Below, piece after piece: positions 20,292 through 31,064 of a stretch of 64,000 nt of DNA. Under the pieces are notes generated by a model. That model was given only the letters and a program-made list of their open reading frames with translations, did not search any database and was not told where the DNA came from. The stretch's first letter is position 1. Each line of letters starts with the position of its first letter. A program made the translations under genes and the position numbers. The DNA is taken from NCBI GenBank assembly GCA_963771345.1, contig CAVYTH010000006.1, positions 206,498-270,497 of the forward strand, in the 5' to 3' direction. Origin of the DNA: an uncultured Actinomycetota bacterium (GTDB lineage Bacteria; Actinomycetota; Actinomycetes; JACCUZ01).

Positions 20292-20962
20292 GGCTCCATC
20301 ACGGTCGGCTCGGACGGCACCTCGAGCGGAGCACCGGTCGCCGCGCGCACGTCGTCGACGGTGACTCCCGGCGCCAGCTCGCGCAGCACGAGAGAAGGAG
20401 CGTCATCGGAAGTGACAGCGACTACATCAATGACCGCGAGGTCGGTGATGATCCGGTCGACCACGCGCAGGCCGGTGTAGGGGAGCGTGCACTCCTGCAC
20501 GATCTTGTGGGTGCCGTCCTTGGCGACGTGCTCCATGACGACGATGACGCGCTTCGCGCCGTGCACGAGGTCCATCGCCCCGCCCATCCCCTTGACCATC
20601 TTCCCGGGGATCATCCAGTTCGCCAGGTCACCGGCCGCCGAGACCTGCATGGCACCGAGGATGGCCGCGTCGATGTGACCGCCGCGGATCATGCCGAACG
20701 ACGTCGCGGAGTCGAAGAACGAGGCGCCGGGCAGCAGCGTCACGGTCTCCTTGCCGGCGTTGATGAGGTCGGGGTCCTCCTCGCCGTCGAACGGGTACGG
20801 CCCGACGCCGAGGATGCCGTTCTCGCTCTGCAGGGTGACGTGCACGCCCTCCGGCAGGAAGTTCGGCACGAGGGTCGGCAGGCCGATGCCGAGGTTGACG
20901 TACTGGCCGTCCTCGAGCTCCTGCGCGGCGCGGGCCGCCAGCTGGTCGCGGGTCAGCGCCAT
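20288..20962 (-). CDS. scoB: 3-oxoacid CoA-transferase subunit B
   Basis: [30 protein letters not shown]...SENG(I)LG. ATG overlaps the scoA stop (ATGA). Confidence 0.9.
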   Translation of the reverse strand: MALTRDQLAARAAQELEDGQYVNLGIGLPTLVPNFLPEGVHVTLQSENGILGVGPYPFDGEEDPDLINAGKETVTLLPGASFFDSATSFGMIRGGHIDAAILGAMQVSAAGDLANWMIPGKMVKGMGGAMDLVHGAKRVIVVMEHVAKDGTHKIVQECTLPYTGLRVVDRIITDLAVIDVVAVTSDDAPSLVLRELAPGVTVDDVRAATGAPLEVPSEPTVMEP

Positions 20963-21783
20963 CACTGACCGCCTCCCTCGGGCCGCGGTCGCACGGTGCG
21001 GCGCTCGATGCGCTTCTCGACGTCGGGACCGACGTCGACCACCCGCTGCACGTAGACGCCGGGCGTGTGCACTTCCTCCGGCCGGATCTCGCCGATCTCG
21101 ACGAGGTTCTCGACCTGCGCGATGGTGACCCGGCCGGCGGTCGCGCACAGCGGGTTGAAGTTGCGCGCGCTCTCGCGGTAGACGAGGTTGCCGGAGCGGT
21201 CGCCCTTCCAGGCGTGCACCAGGGCGAAGTCGGTGACGATCGACTCCTCCAGCACGTAGGTCTTGGTCACCCCGTCGACGGTGAACTCCCGGGTGTCCTT
21301 CGGCGGCGACGACAGGGCGACCGAGCCGTCCGGGTTGTAGCGCCACGGCAGCCCGCCGTCGGCGACCTGGGTGCCGACACCGGTCACGGTGAAGAACGCC
21401 GGGATGCCGGCGCCGCCGGACCGCAGCCGCTCGGCCAGCGTGCCCTGCGGGGTCAGCTCGACCTCGAGCTCACCGGACAGGAACTGCCGGGCGAACTCCT
21501 TGTTCTCCCCGACGTACGACGCGATCACCCGGCCGATGCGGTGGTCGGACAGCAGGACGCCCAGCCCCCAGTCGTCGACGCCGCAGTTGTTCGACACCAC
21601 CTCGAGGCCGGTGGTGCCGGCGTCGTGCAGCGCGGCGATCAGCTGGGTCGGGACGCCGCAGAGGCCGAAGCCGCCGACGGCGAGCGAGGCACCGTTGCCG
21701 ATGTCCGCGACGGCCTCGGCGGCGGAGGAGGAGACCTTGTCGGCAGGCCGCAGCGAGGCGGCGGAGGTGTCGTCGGAGGGCAC
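20962..21783 (-). CDS. scoA: 3-oxoacid CoA-transferase subunit A
   Basis: [31 protein letters not shown]...[28 protein letters not shown], the subunit A signature. Confidence 0.9.
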   Translation of the reverse strand: MPSDDTSAASLRPADKVSSSAAEAVADIGNGASLAVGGFGLCGVPTQLIAALHDAGTTGLEVVSNNCGVDDWGLGVLLSDHRIGRVIASYVGENKEFARQFLSGELEVELTPQGTLAERLRSGGAGIPAFFTVTGVGTQVADGGLPWRYNPDGSVALSSPPKDTREFTVDGVTKTYVLEESIVTDFALVHAWKGDRSGNLVYRESARNFNPLCATAGRVTIAQVENLVEIGEIRPEEVHTPGVYVQRVVDVGPDVEKRIERRTVRPRPEGGGQ

Positions 21784-23276
21784 TAGCCGACTCTAGCCAA
21801 CAGCGGGTGAGGCACTACGAGCAGATGTTCTGCGCGGCCGAGCGGGTCTCGAGCGACTCGGTCGGTGCGGGAGAGCTCGTCGAGCCGCTGACCGAGACGG
21901 GGACCACGGTGGGGGAGTCCGACGCCGACGATCACGGTCAACGTGCTGCCGAGGCTGATGTCCTCGGTGACCTCGGAGCCGGGGATGGCTGCCCCGAGCG
22001 TGCGACCGGACTCGTCGTACGCCGGGTCGTGCAGCACGGTCGTCGTGGCGTACGGCTGGTCCGCGTTGCCGACGCTGACCACGTTGAAGCCGGCCGCGGT
22101 GAGCTCGGCGGCGAGGTCGCTCGCGGCACCGGCGGTGCCCGAGCCGTTGAGCACCGTCACGCTGACGTTCTCGGGCGGGGTGACCAGCGGCGGCCCGCTC
22201 GGTGAGGTGCTGCTGGACGGCGACGAGCTCGGCTTCGGCTCCTTGCCGGGCAGCGGCCGGTCGAAGCGCATCGAGCGCCATACGGTCACGGCCGACGGCT
22301 TGAGCTGGACGCGGTTCGGGTTCTCGACCCACGGCTCGTTGGGTGCCGTGAGGAACGTGACGTCCTTGGTGGGCAGGCCGCGGACGTCCTGGGCGAGCCC
22401 GGCCATGTCCTTGAGACCGCCGAAGTCGGTGGTCAGCGACTTGGTCGCGGCGGCCAGGAAGTTGTAGAGCCGGTCCGGACGCAGCAGCAGACCCTTGTCC
22501 TTGACCTTGGAGACCATCGAGCCGACGAACGCCTGCTGCCGGTCGATGCGGGACAGGTCCGAGCCGTCGCCGAGGCCGTGCCGGGTGCGGACGTAGGCGA
22601 GTGCCTGCTGGCCCCGGACGGTGTGCGTGCCGGCCTCGAGGTCCAGGTGCGACTGCGGGTCGTTCACGGCGTAGGGGAGGCAGACCTTCACGCCGCCCAG
22701 CGCGTCGACCATGTCCTTGAAGCCGGTGAAGTCGACGACGATGTAGTTGTCGATCCGGACCTTGGTGAGCGCTTCGACGGTCTTGATCGTGCAGGCCGGG
22801 CCGCCGGCGGAGAACGCCTCGTTGAACATCTGGACTTCTTGCGCGGGCACGACCGTGCCGTCGTCGCGGGTGCACTCCGGGATCGGCACCATCGTGTCGC
22901 GCGGGATGCTCACCGCGGTCGCCGACTTCCGGTCCGCGGCGAGGTGGACGAGGATCGTGGTGTCCGAGCGCTGGCCGGCGACGTTGAGGGCGTTCTTGCC
23001 CTTCCGCTTGTCCGAGCCCATGACGAGGATGTTCTTCGCCTTGGGGTCCTCGGCCACCACCGGCGGCCGGTCCTTCTCGTCGCCGAGCAGGCTGTCCACG
23101 TTGACGTGGTTGATCTTGCCGTTCAGCCGCTGGTAGGCGACGAACGCGCTCACCGAGCCACCGACCAGGATCACCGCGAAGGTGACGACCAGCGCCGTGA
23201 GCACCCGGCGCCACGGCGCGCGGCGCGCGGCATGCCGAGCACGCGGCGCATGGCGTCGGGTAGCGGCGTGGGGCAC
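21783..23276 (-). CDS. LCP (LytR-CpsA-Psr) family cell-wall glycopolymer ligase. Possible frameshift in the extreme C-terminus near 21905 (alternative stop 21815).
   Basis: N-terminal TM helix, then a LytR_cpsA_psr domain (ILVMGSDKR...RSDTTILVHL...VSIPRDTMVPIP) and a LytR_C-like domain (VTVLNGSGTAGAASDLAAELTAAGFNV). Confidence 0.85.
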   Translation of the reverse strand: MPHAATRRHAPRARHAARRAPWRRVLTALVVTFAVILVGGSVSAFVAYQRLNGKINHVNVDSLLGDEKDRPPVVAEDPKAKNILVMGSDKRKGKNALNVAGQRSDTTILVHLAADRKSATAVSIPRDTMVPIPECTRDDGTVVPAQEVQMFNEAFSAGGPACTIKTVEALTKVRIDNYIVVDFTGFKDMVDALGGVKVCLPYAVNDPQSHLDLEAGTHTVRGQQALAYVRTRHGLGDGSDLSRIDRQQAFVGSMVSKVKDKGLLLRPDRLYNFLAAATKSLTTDFGGLKDMAGLAQDVRGLPTKDVTFLTAPNEPWVENPNRVQLKPSAVTVWRSMRFDRPLPGKEPKPSSSPSSSTSPSGPPLVTPPENVSVTVLNGSGTAGAASDLAAELTAAGFNVVSVGNADQPYATTTVLHDPAYDESGRTLGAAIPGSEVTEDISLGSTLTVIVGVGLPHRGPRLGQRLDELSRTDRVARDPLGRAEHLLVVPHPLLARVG

Positions 23277-23380
23277 GGTCGTCCTGTCGTCAGGCGTACC
23301 GCGGCCACGGGGATGTGGCCGACCTGGCCACCCAAGTGGTGGCCGGACGGTACGACGGGGGTCGAACCCTCGATTCTAGG

Positions 23381-24175
23381 TCATCCGGGGGGTGTCCCGG
23401 ACCCGCCCGGTGCCCAGGCCGGCAGACCCGGCGTGTCGGGTCCGACGGCGGCCACCAGGCCCTCCTGCTGGATCCGGGACGGCAGCCGGCTGAGGTCCAG
23501 GTGGCGGCAGAGCACGGCAGTGACCCCTGTGGCCAGCGGGACCAGCAGCCCGCCCAGGACCGCGGCGAGCCCGGTCAGCGGCCCGGCCACCAGCAGCCGG
23601 CCGCCGTCCGGCAGCGCCGGAGCGGCCTGCGCGGCGGCCCCGAGGTCGGCACCGCTGAGCACCTGGTCGCCGCTGGTGAACGCCGGGGCGGCCGGGTCCG
23701 GCTGCTCGGCCGGGGCGAACCGGTCGCCGTGGCCGTGCACCTCGCGGTCGAAGTCGAGCGTGGTGCCGGCCGGCGGTGCGGCGTCGCGCCGGGGCAGGCC
23801 GAGCGGCCCGAGGCCGAGCGCCACGACGTCTCCGGCGCCGGTCGGCGCCCTGCCGTCGTACCCGATCACGGCGATCTCGGCCGCCGCGGCCGCCGGGACG
23901 ACCTGCAGCCCCAGCATCCACGCCGACTGCAGCCAGACCGCCGCCTGCCAGTGCGGCGGCAGGTCGAGCGAGAGGGTGGCGCCCGGGCCGGCCCCCAGGT
24001 CGTCCTGCAGCAGGTTGGCGGTCTTGGCGACCCAGTTGGCGAAGGTCGCCACCGACAGCTCGGTGCGCTCGTCGGTCGCGTCGTCGTAGAAGGTCAGCAG
24101 CGGCCGGGCGGGGTCGGCGCGCAGCGCCCGGTCGAGCAGCTCCGGCGGGCCGGCCAGCGGTGGGGTGGGGGTCAC
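23381..24175 (-). CDS. TIGR03089-family conserved actinobacterial protein (LCP-associated)
   Basis: Intact 264-aa ORF immediately upstream and co-oriented with the LCP gene, as is typical for this pair in actinomycetes. Confidence 0.6.
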   Translation of the reverse strand: MTPTPPLAGPPELLDRALRADPARPLLTFYDDATDERTELSVATFANWVAKTANLLQDDLGAGPGATLSLDLPPHWQAAVWLQSAWMLGLQVVPAAAAAEIAVIGYDGRAPTGAGDVVALGLGPLGLPRRDAAPPAGTTLDFDREVHGHGDRFAPAEQPDPAAPAFTSGDQVLSGADLGAAAQAAPALPDGGRLLVAGPLTGLAAVLGGLLVPLATGVTAVLCRHLDLSRLPSRIQQEGLVAAVGPDTPGLPAWAPGGSGTPPG

Positions 24176-24351
24176 CGGACCAGGCTACGGACGCGGCTGG
24201 CGGGGTCACGGCCGGGCAAAATGTCCGACTGCGCACACGCCGAGATCGTCAAGACACCACGCCCGGACGTCGATGGCGAGGACACTGGGGCCGGCACACC
24301 ACTGGCCACGCCTGTCACACGAGCACCATCACACGAGCACAAGGGTCCCGC

Positions 24352-27007
24352 ATGCGCACCGCTCCGCCGGCTGTCCTGCTCAGCGTTCTCGTCCCGCTGG
24401 GCGTCATCGCCCTGCCGGTGGTCAGCCTCCCGCACGCTGCGCCGCACGCGGTCGCGCCGGAGTTCCGGTCGCACGCCCTGCGCGGGGTCGCGCTCGACGC
24501 GGTCCCCGGCAAGGCGCTGCGGAGCAGCTCCCGGGTCTCGTTCCAGGCCCGCGCCGACGCCCCGCCCGCCGCCCGCGGTGCCGCACCCGGCCGACCCGAG
24601 GTGCTGGTGACCCGGACCGGGGTGCCCTCCTTCGACCTGCTCGGCGTCACCTGGCGGGCTCAGGCGAAGCCGGCCGACCTCACCGTGCTGGTCCGCACCC
24701 ACGGCGACTCCGGCTGGACCCGCTGGACGGCGCTGGACACGACGGCCACCCCTGGCCCCCGCGAGGCCCGGACCGCCCGGCCCGGCACCGAGCCGCTGTG
24801 GGTCGGCGACGCCGACGGCTACCAGGTGCGGGTCGACGTCCGCCGCGGCTCGCTGCCGCGCGGCCTGCGGGTCGACCTGGTCGACCCCGGCAGCTCGGAC
24901 GCCGATGACGAGGTGGGTGCCCGCCGGCCGATGCAGTCGGCCCAGGCCGCCGCCGGCCAGCCGGCGATCTTCACCCGGGCGCAGTGGGGTGCCGACGAGT
25001 CGATCCGCGGCGCCTCGCCGTCGTACAACACCACGGTCCGCACCGGCTTCGTGCACCACACCGCCGGCGCCAACGGCTACTCCGCGGCGGCGGTCCCGAA
25101 GATCCTGCGGGCGATCTACGCCTACCACGTCAAGGGGAACCACTGGTCGGACATCGGCTACAACTTCCTGGTCGACCGGTTCGGCCGGCTCTGGGAGGGC
25201 CGGTACGGCGGCATGGACCGCGCCGTCGTCGGTGCGCACACCGGTGGCTTCAACGTCGACTCGTTCGCGGTGTCGGCGATCGGCAACTTCGACAAGGTCG
25301 CCGCGCCGCCGATCATGGTCGACTCGATCGCGCGGGTGATGGCCTGGAAGCTCGGGCTGTCGCACCGCAACCCGAACGGGACCACGGTCCTCACCTCGCA
25401 AGGCGGCGGGACGTCGCGGTATCCCGCCGGCAGACAGGTCCCGTTCAACGTCGTCTCGGGACACCGGGACGCCGGCAACACGTCGTGCCCGGGCACGAAC
25501 CTCTACGCGCAGCTGCCGACGATCCGCTCGCTGACGGCGACGTACCTCGGCACCGCTCTGCTCGACCCGCGCCCGGAGCCGGCCAGTGCGGTCTACGGCA
25601 GCGGCGCGAGCATCACCACGGTCGCCGGCGTGACCAGCGACCAGAGCTGGAGCCTGGAGATCCGCGAGGTCTGCCGGGGGACCGTGGTCCGGACGATGTC
25701 CGGCACCGCGTCGCCGACCGTGCCGCTCAGCGCCAGCTGGGACCTGCGCGACAACGCCGGGGCTCTGGTGAGACCCGGGGCCTACACGGTGACCCTCGCC
25801 AGTGCCGACGCCACCGCGGCGGCGCTCCCGTGGGTCGGCCAGGTCACCGTCCAGGCCGCGCGCACCGCACCGCCGGTCGGCGCGGCGGCGGCCCTGCCCG
25901 GGCGCACCAGCTTCGTGCCCGTGGACCCGGTCCGCCTCTACGACACCCGCGTCGACGGCAACCTGCCGATGGGCCCGGGCGGCCGGGTCACCCTCCCGGT
26001 GCACGGCGTCGGCCGGCTGCCGGGCTCCGGCATCGCCGCGGTCGCCCTGAGCATCGCCTCGAGCTGCGCCACCTCGGCCACGACGGTCACGGCCTGGGCA
26101 GCCGGCTCGGCGAAGTCCGCGTCGCCTGCGCTGAACGTGGCGGCCGGCATCCCGGCGGCTGCCCTCGCGGTGACACCGCTCGGCGGCAACGGCGCGGTCA
26201 GCATCGCCAACGCCGCCGGCACCACCGAGCTCTCGGTGCACGTCGTCGGCTACTACCCGGTCGCGGACGGGGCGGTCTACCGGCCGGTCGCGCACCCTGC
26301 GGCTCTACGACTCGCGCCGCGACCCCGCCGGCATCGTCGCCCCGGGCAGCGACCGGCTCGTCACGATGCCCGCGCTGTCCGGGATCCCCGCGACCTCGAT
26401 GACCGGCGCGATGCTCAACGTGAGCACCGTCAACTCGTCCGGCACCGGCACGCTGACGGTGCAGTCGGCGGGCGGCGACAAGGAGAACGCGACGGTCGCG
26501 TTCACCCACGGCGCGCTGGTGAAGACCCGGGCGATCGCCAAGCTGCAGGACGGCAAGCTCAAGGTCACCGCGCGGACGGCGGCGACCCATGTGGTGGTCG
26601 ACCTCGTCGGCTGGTGGGCTCCTCGCGAGGTGGTCGGCGGCCGGCTGTTCCAGCCCAAGGCCACCACCCGGGTGCTCGACACCCGCTACGGCATCGGGGC
26701 CCCGCGGGCCCGCGTCGGCGCCCGCAAGGTCGTCAGCGTCAAGGTCGCAGGCAAGGGCAAGCCCGCCCCGGCCGGCGCCCGCGCCGTCGTGATGAACCTC
26801 ACCGCCCGGGACGCCACCCGGGCGACCTTCGTCACCGCGTGGCCGCTGGGCACCAGGCGCCCGGCCTTCCCGGACCTCTCGGTCCCGGCCTGGCGGACGA
26901 CCGCGAACCTGGTGGTCGTGCGGGTCGGGAAGAAGGGCCGGGTGCAGGTCACGAACGGCACCGGCTCGACCCACCTGATCGGCGACGTGGTCGGCTACTA
27001 CCCCTGA
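24352..27007 (+). CDS. N-acetylmuramoyl-L-alanine amidase (Amidase_2/PGRP domain) with tandem C-terminal beta-rich repeat domains. Frame disruption near 26290-26300.
   Basis: Signal peptide MRTAPPAVLLSVLVPLGVIALPVV. Amidase core: VHHTAGANGYS...HWSDIGYNFLVDRFGRLWEGRYGG...GHRDAGNTSCPG. Two repeated domains each end in VVGYYP, the second being in the +1 frame. Confidence 0.8.
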
Positions 27008-27041
27008 CGGCGGGCGGGCCGCCCGGCCGAGCGCCGGTAGG

Positions 27042-28058
27042 GTGGCCCGCGAGATGAGCGAGAACCCAGCACCCGTCGACGACGCCACGACCGTCCTGCC
27101 GATGGTGGGTCACCGGCCGCCGGCCGCCCCGCACCACCGGACCGAGCCGGAGCCGACGCCCGACGGCCCGCCGCCGCTGGTGACGATCGTGCTGCCGTGC
27201 TTCAACGAGCGCGAGCACGTCATCGCCGAGGTCGAGCGGATCTGCACCGCGATGGACGACAGCGGCCTGACCTACGAGCTGCTCGCCATCGACGACGCCT
27301 CGACCGACGACACGCTGACCCTGCTGCTCGACGCCCGGCACCGGTTCCCGTCGATGCGCATCATGCCGTTCCGGCGCAACGGCGGTTCCGGCACGGCCCG
27401 GCGCATCGGCACCCTCGAGGCCCGCGGCGAGATCGTCGTGTGGACCGACGCCGACATGACCTACCCGAACGAGCGCATCCCCGAGCTGGTCTCGATGCTG
27501 CTCGACGACCCGACGTACGACCAGGTCGTGGGCGCCCGCACCAGCGAGGAGGGCACCCACAAGTTCCTGCGGGTGCCGGCGAAGTGGGTCATCCGGAAGA
27601 TCGCCGAGAAGCTGTCGAACTCCTCGATCCCCGACCTGAACTCCGGGCTGCGCGCGTTCCGCCGCGACGTGTCGCTGCCGTACCTGCGGCTGCTGCCGCC
27701 CGGCTTCTCCTGCGTCACCACGATCACGCTGGCGTTCCTGTCCAACCAGCACGACATCCGCTACGTGCCGATCTCGTACGCGAAGCGCTCGGGCGTCTCG
27801 AAGTTCCACTTCACCAAGGACGCCTACCGCTACATCCTGCAGGTGCTGCGGATGGTCATGTACTTCAACCCGCTCAAGGTGCTGATGCCCCCGGCGCTGA
27901 CGCTGATCGGCATCGGCCTGCTCAAGGGCGTCTACGACCTGTTCGCGCACTTCGGCCGGTTCGCGGTCAACACCGTGCTCATCTTCATCACCGGCATGCT
28001 GGTCGCTGCGCTGGCGCTGCTGGCGGACCTCATCGTCCGGTCGCGCTCGGAGGTCTAG
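27042..28058 (+). CDS. GT2-family polyprenol-phosphate sugar transferase (DPM1/GtrB-like) with a C-terminal membrane anchor
   Basis: LVTIVLPCFNEREHV...LAIDDASTDDT...DADMTYP, followed by two C-terminal TM helices. Intact frame. Confidence 0.8.
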   Translation: MAREMSENPAPVDDATTVLPMVGHRPPAAPHHRTEPEPTPDGPPPLVTIVLPCFNEREHVIAEVERICTAMDDSGLTYELLAIDDASTDDTLTLLLDARHRFPSMRIMPFRRNGGSGTARRIGTLEARGEIVVWTDADMTYPNERIPELVSMLLDDPTYDQVVGARTSEEGTHKFLRVPAKWVIRKIAEKLSNSSIPDLNSGLRAFRRDVSLPYLRLLPPGFSCVTTITLAFLSNQHDIRYVPISYAKRSGVSKFHFTKDAYRYILQVLRMVMYFNPLKVLMPPALTLIGIGLLKGVYDLFAHFGRFAVNTVLIFITGMLVAALALLADLIVRSRSEV

Positions 28059-28059
28059 C

Positions 28060-29020
28060 TTGGACGCCGCGACGCCCGCGGCCAGCGATGGCCCAGTCGT
28101 CGACGGTGACAGTCCCCGCCGTACGTCGTGGCGCCGCACCCTGGTGTCGGGGCTGCTCCTGCTGCTGGTCGTCGTCGCGTTCGGCTGGGCGCTGGCCGGC
28201 CAGTGGTCGGACGTCGTCGACGCGCTGCGCGACCAGAGCCCGTGGGTCCTGCTCGGCTCGCTCGGGCTGTGCCTGCTCGCCGTCTGGATGAGCTTCCTGC
28301 TGTGGCGCGGGACGTTGCGGGCGCTCGGCTCGCCGCTCGCGGTGCAGCCCGCGGCGCGGATGTTCTTCGTCGCGCAGCTCGGCAAGTACGTGCCGGGCTC
28401 GGTGTGGCCGGTCGTCGTGCAGATGCGGCTCGGCAAGGAGAACGGCATCCCGCGGCAGCGCACCGCGCTGGCCTTCCTGCTGACGCTCGGGCTCTCGGTG
28501 CTCGTCGGCCTGCTCGTCGGGGTCGCCGCGCTGCCGGCGCTCGTCGAGGCGGAGGGCCGCGGCGTGCTGTGGGGCCTGCTCGCGCTGCCGGTGCTGATGG
28601 CGCTGCTGGTGCCGCGGGTCCTCAACCAGCTGCTGAACCGCGGCCTGCGGCTGCTCCGCCGGCCGCCGCTCGACGAGCCGTTCGCCGGCAAGGACATGGC
28701 GCGCGGCGTCGCCTGGACGCTGCTGTTCTGGGTGGTGTTCGGGCTGCACGTCTGGCTGCTCGCCGTGGGCCTGGGTGCCGACCCGTGGGAGACCCTGCCG
28801 GTGGCGATCGGCGGGTTCGCGGTGGCGTTCTCGATCGGCCCGCTGCTCGTGGTGCTGCCGGCCGGTGCGGGTGTGCGCGAGGCAGTGCTGGTGGTGCTGC
28901 TCGCCGGCGTGCTGCACGACGTCCGAGGCGACCGCGGTGGCGCTCACGTCCCGCGGCCTGCTGATGGCCACCGACGGGCTGCTCGCCCTCGGCACCGGCC
29001 TGCTGATGCGACGCCACTAG
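28060..29020 (+). CDS. Lysylphosphatidylglycerol-synthase-TM / flippase-like domain membrane protein (partner of the GT2 gene). Frame disruption near 28915.
   Basis: Eight TM helices with FVAQLGKYVPGSVWPVVVQM, the flippase-like core. The C-terminus continues in the +1 frame (…TSEATAVALTSRGLLMATDGLLALGTGLLMRRH) to TAG 29018-29020. Confidence 0.65.
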
Positions 29021-29041
29021 CCGCGACACCGGTTTCGCAGC

Positions 29042-29086
29042 AACGGATAGCGATCCGGGCTCCTGGTGACCGTTCCGCTATCCGTG
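29042..29086. terminator. Inverted repeat AACGGATAGCG…CGCTATCCGT between convergent genes. Probable bidirectional terminator hairpin.
   Basis: 10-bp perfect arms with a 24-nt spacer, sitting between the stops at 29020 (+) and 29088 (-). Confidence 0.4.
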
Positions 29087-29087
29087 C

Positions 29088-29940
29088 CTAGGAGATGTCG
29101 GACCAGCCGGCGGGCGGTGGCGCGTCCAGGAACGTGGTCACGACGTCCAGGACCAGCGCGGTGCGGCTGAGCCCGAAGAAGTGCGTGGTGCCGGGGAACA
29201 CCGCCAGCTGCGAGGCCGGGACACCGGCGAAGTCGCCGTTGACGTCACCGCCGCGGAGCCGCAGGAATCGGACGGCATGGTCGAGGGTGACCATGTCGCA
29301 GTCGCCGAGGGTGATCAGCGTCGGAGCGGCGATGCCCTCGATGTCGGCGTCGGACCAGCCGGGGAAGCCGTCGTCGTACGCCCCGAGCCGGTCGAGCAGC
29401 TGCTGCAGCTGGTCCGGCTGCGGCGACTTGGCCAGGTAGTCCTGCTCCATCGGCGTACCGGCGATCATGTCGACGGTCATCTCGCCGACGGCCTCGGCGT
29501 TCTCGGGCCGGTCACCGTCGGGGTGGAACGACGCCGACGAGACGATCAGCTTGCGCACCAGCTCGGGGTGCTTGATCGCGAGGTGCAGCGCCGACACCGC
29601 CGCCGACGCTGAAGCCGAACACGTCGACCTGCGGCACCTGCAGGTGCTCGAGCAGACCCACGACGTCGGACGCCAGGTGGGCACTGGTCAGCGGACGGTC
29701 GAGGTGGCCGGTCCGGCCGTGCCCTTGGAAGTCCGCGGCGATGACCTGCCGGGTCTTCGCCAGGTCCGGCAGCAGCGCGCCGAACTGCAGGTCGATGTTG
29801 AACAGGCCGCCGTGCAGCAGGAGCAGCGGCGTCCCGCCCGCGCCGTGGATCTCGTAGTACATCTGCAGGCCGTTGACCGGCGCGTAGCCCGTCTCGGGTG
29901 TCGCGTTGCTCCATGCCGCAACCCTAGACAAGCGGCATCG
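29088..29940 (-). CDS. Alpha/beta hydrolase fold protein. Frame disruption near 29610-29640.
   Basis: [10 protein letters not shown]...[12 protein letters not shown]...VFGFS?GG, the nucleophile elbow. After the shift: [25 protein letters not shown]...ITLGDCDMV. The start (TTG at about 29937 or ATG 30003) is uncertain. Confidence 0.65.
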
Positions 29941-29959
29941 CCCTTGCGAGGCTCGCGCG

Positions 29960-30427
29960 ATGGGCTTCCTCAGCGGGCACCAAGGGTCATGGACGGGCAC
30001 CAACAGGTTCCGGCTGATGCCGACCGACGAGCCGCATGCCGCCGACGCGACGGCCGCCGTGTCGGTGGCGGCCGGGGGAACATCGGCGGTGATCGCCTAC
30101 ACGTGGTCGCACCCGGCGGACGGCGCGCAGGAGGGGCTGCTGGCGATCGCGCCGGACGAGGAGCCGGACCGGCTGATCGCGCTGTGGGGCGACTCCTGGC
30201 ACCAGGCGCCCGCCGGCAGGGCGCTGGCCGGCGCGATCGATGACGGCGTCGTCACGGTCGGCGCCTCCTACGGCGGTGACTGGCAGTGGACGATCACCGT
30301 CGACCCGTCGGACCCGGCGGTGCTGCGGGTGCGGATGGACAACGTCGTTCCGCAGTCGGCGGCGACCGAGGAGCACTCGGCGGGTGCGTACTGGGCGATG
30401 GCGACCGAGCTGCGACGCGAAGGGTAG
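29960..30427 (+). CDS. Conserved hypothetical protein
   Basis: Intact [30 protein letters not shown]...[20 protein letters not shown].... The family is not confidently recognised. Confidence 0.45.
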   Translation: MGFLSGHQGSWTGTNRFRLMPTDEPHAADATAAVSVAAGGTSAVIAYTWSHPADGAQEGLLAIAPDEEPDRLIALWGDSWHQAPAGRALAGAIDDGVVTVGASYGGDWQWTITVDPSDPAVLRVRMDNVVPQSAATEEHSAGAYWAMATELRREG

Positions 30428-30437
30428 GGCCAGGGCC

Positions 30438-31041
30438 ATGGCGCGCACGATCATGGGGGCGGCGGCGGTGTCGCTGGACGGCTTCATCGCGGACGTCGAT
30501 GACGGGATCGGCCCGATGTTCGACTGGCTCGGCAACGGCGACGTCGAGTGGACCTGGACCGAGGGCCAGCGAGGACGTGCTGCGCACCACGCAGGCGTCC
30601 GCGGACTTCGTCCGGGCCGTGTACCCGCAGATCGGCGTGCGTGGTGATCGGTCGCCGCCTGTTCGACCTCACCGACGGGTGGGACGGCGTCCCGGCTGCG
30701 GGCGACCACGTCTTCGTCGTCACGCACACGCCGCCGACCGACTGGAAGCACGCGGGCACCGCGCCGTTCACGTTCGTCGACGGTGTCGAGGCCGCGATCG
30801 CGCAGGCCCGCGAGCACGCCGGGCCGGACCGGATCGTCGACGTCGCCGCCGGCCAGATCGGCGGCCAGGCGCTCCGCCTCGGCCTGATCGACCAGGTCGT
30901 GATGAACGTGGTGCCCGTCGTGTTCGGCGCGGGCAGGCCGTTCTTCGGCGCCATGGGACCCGGCGACAACGTCACCCTGGACAACCCGTCCCGCGTCGCC
31001 CAGGGCGACCGCGTGACGCACCTGCTCTACGACGTGGTGAA
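30438..31041 (+). CDS. Dihydrofolate-reductase-family protein (RibD C-terminal domain). Two or three frame disruptions (~30560, ~30645, ~31035).
   Basis: MARTIMGAAAVSLDGFIAD..., then ASEDVLRTTQASADFVRAVYPQIGV, then VVIGRRLFDLTDGWDGV...VVMNVVPVVFGAGRPFF...VTHLLY across three frames. The stop position is approximate. Confidence 0.6.
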
Positions 31042-31064
31042 GCGGCTGACGCACGGCGGGTGGC

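Noticed and set aside
23276-23380. GTGGCC / GGCCAC palindromes between TIGR03089 and LCP
   Set aside because: Short, low-information GC palindromes typical of the background. No extended repeat structure.
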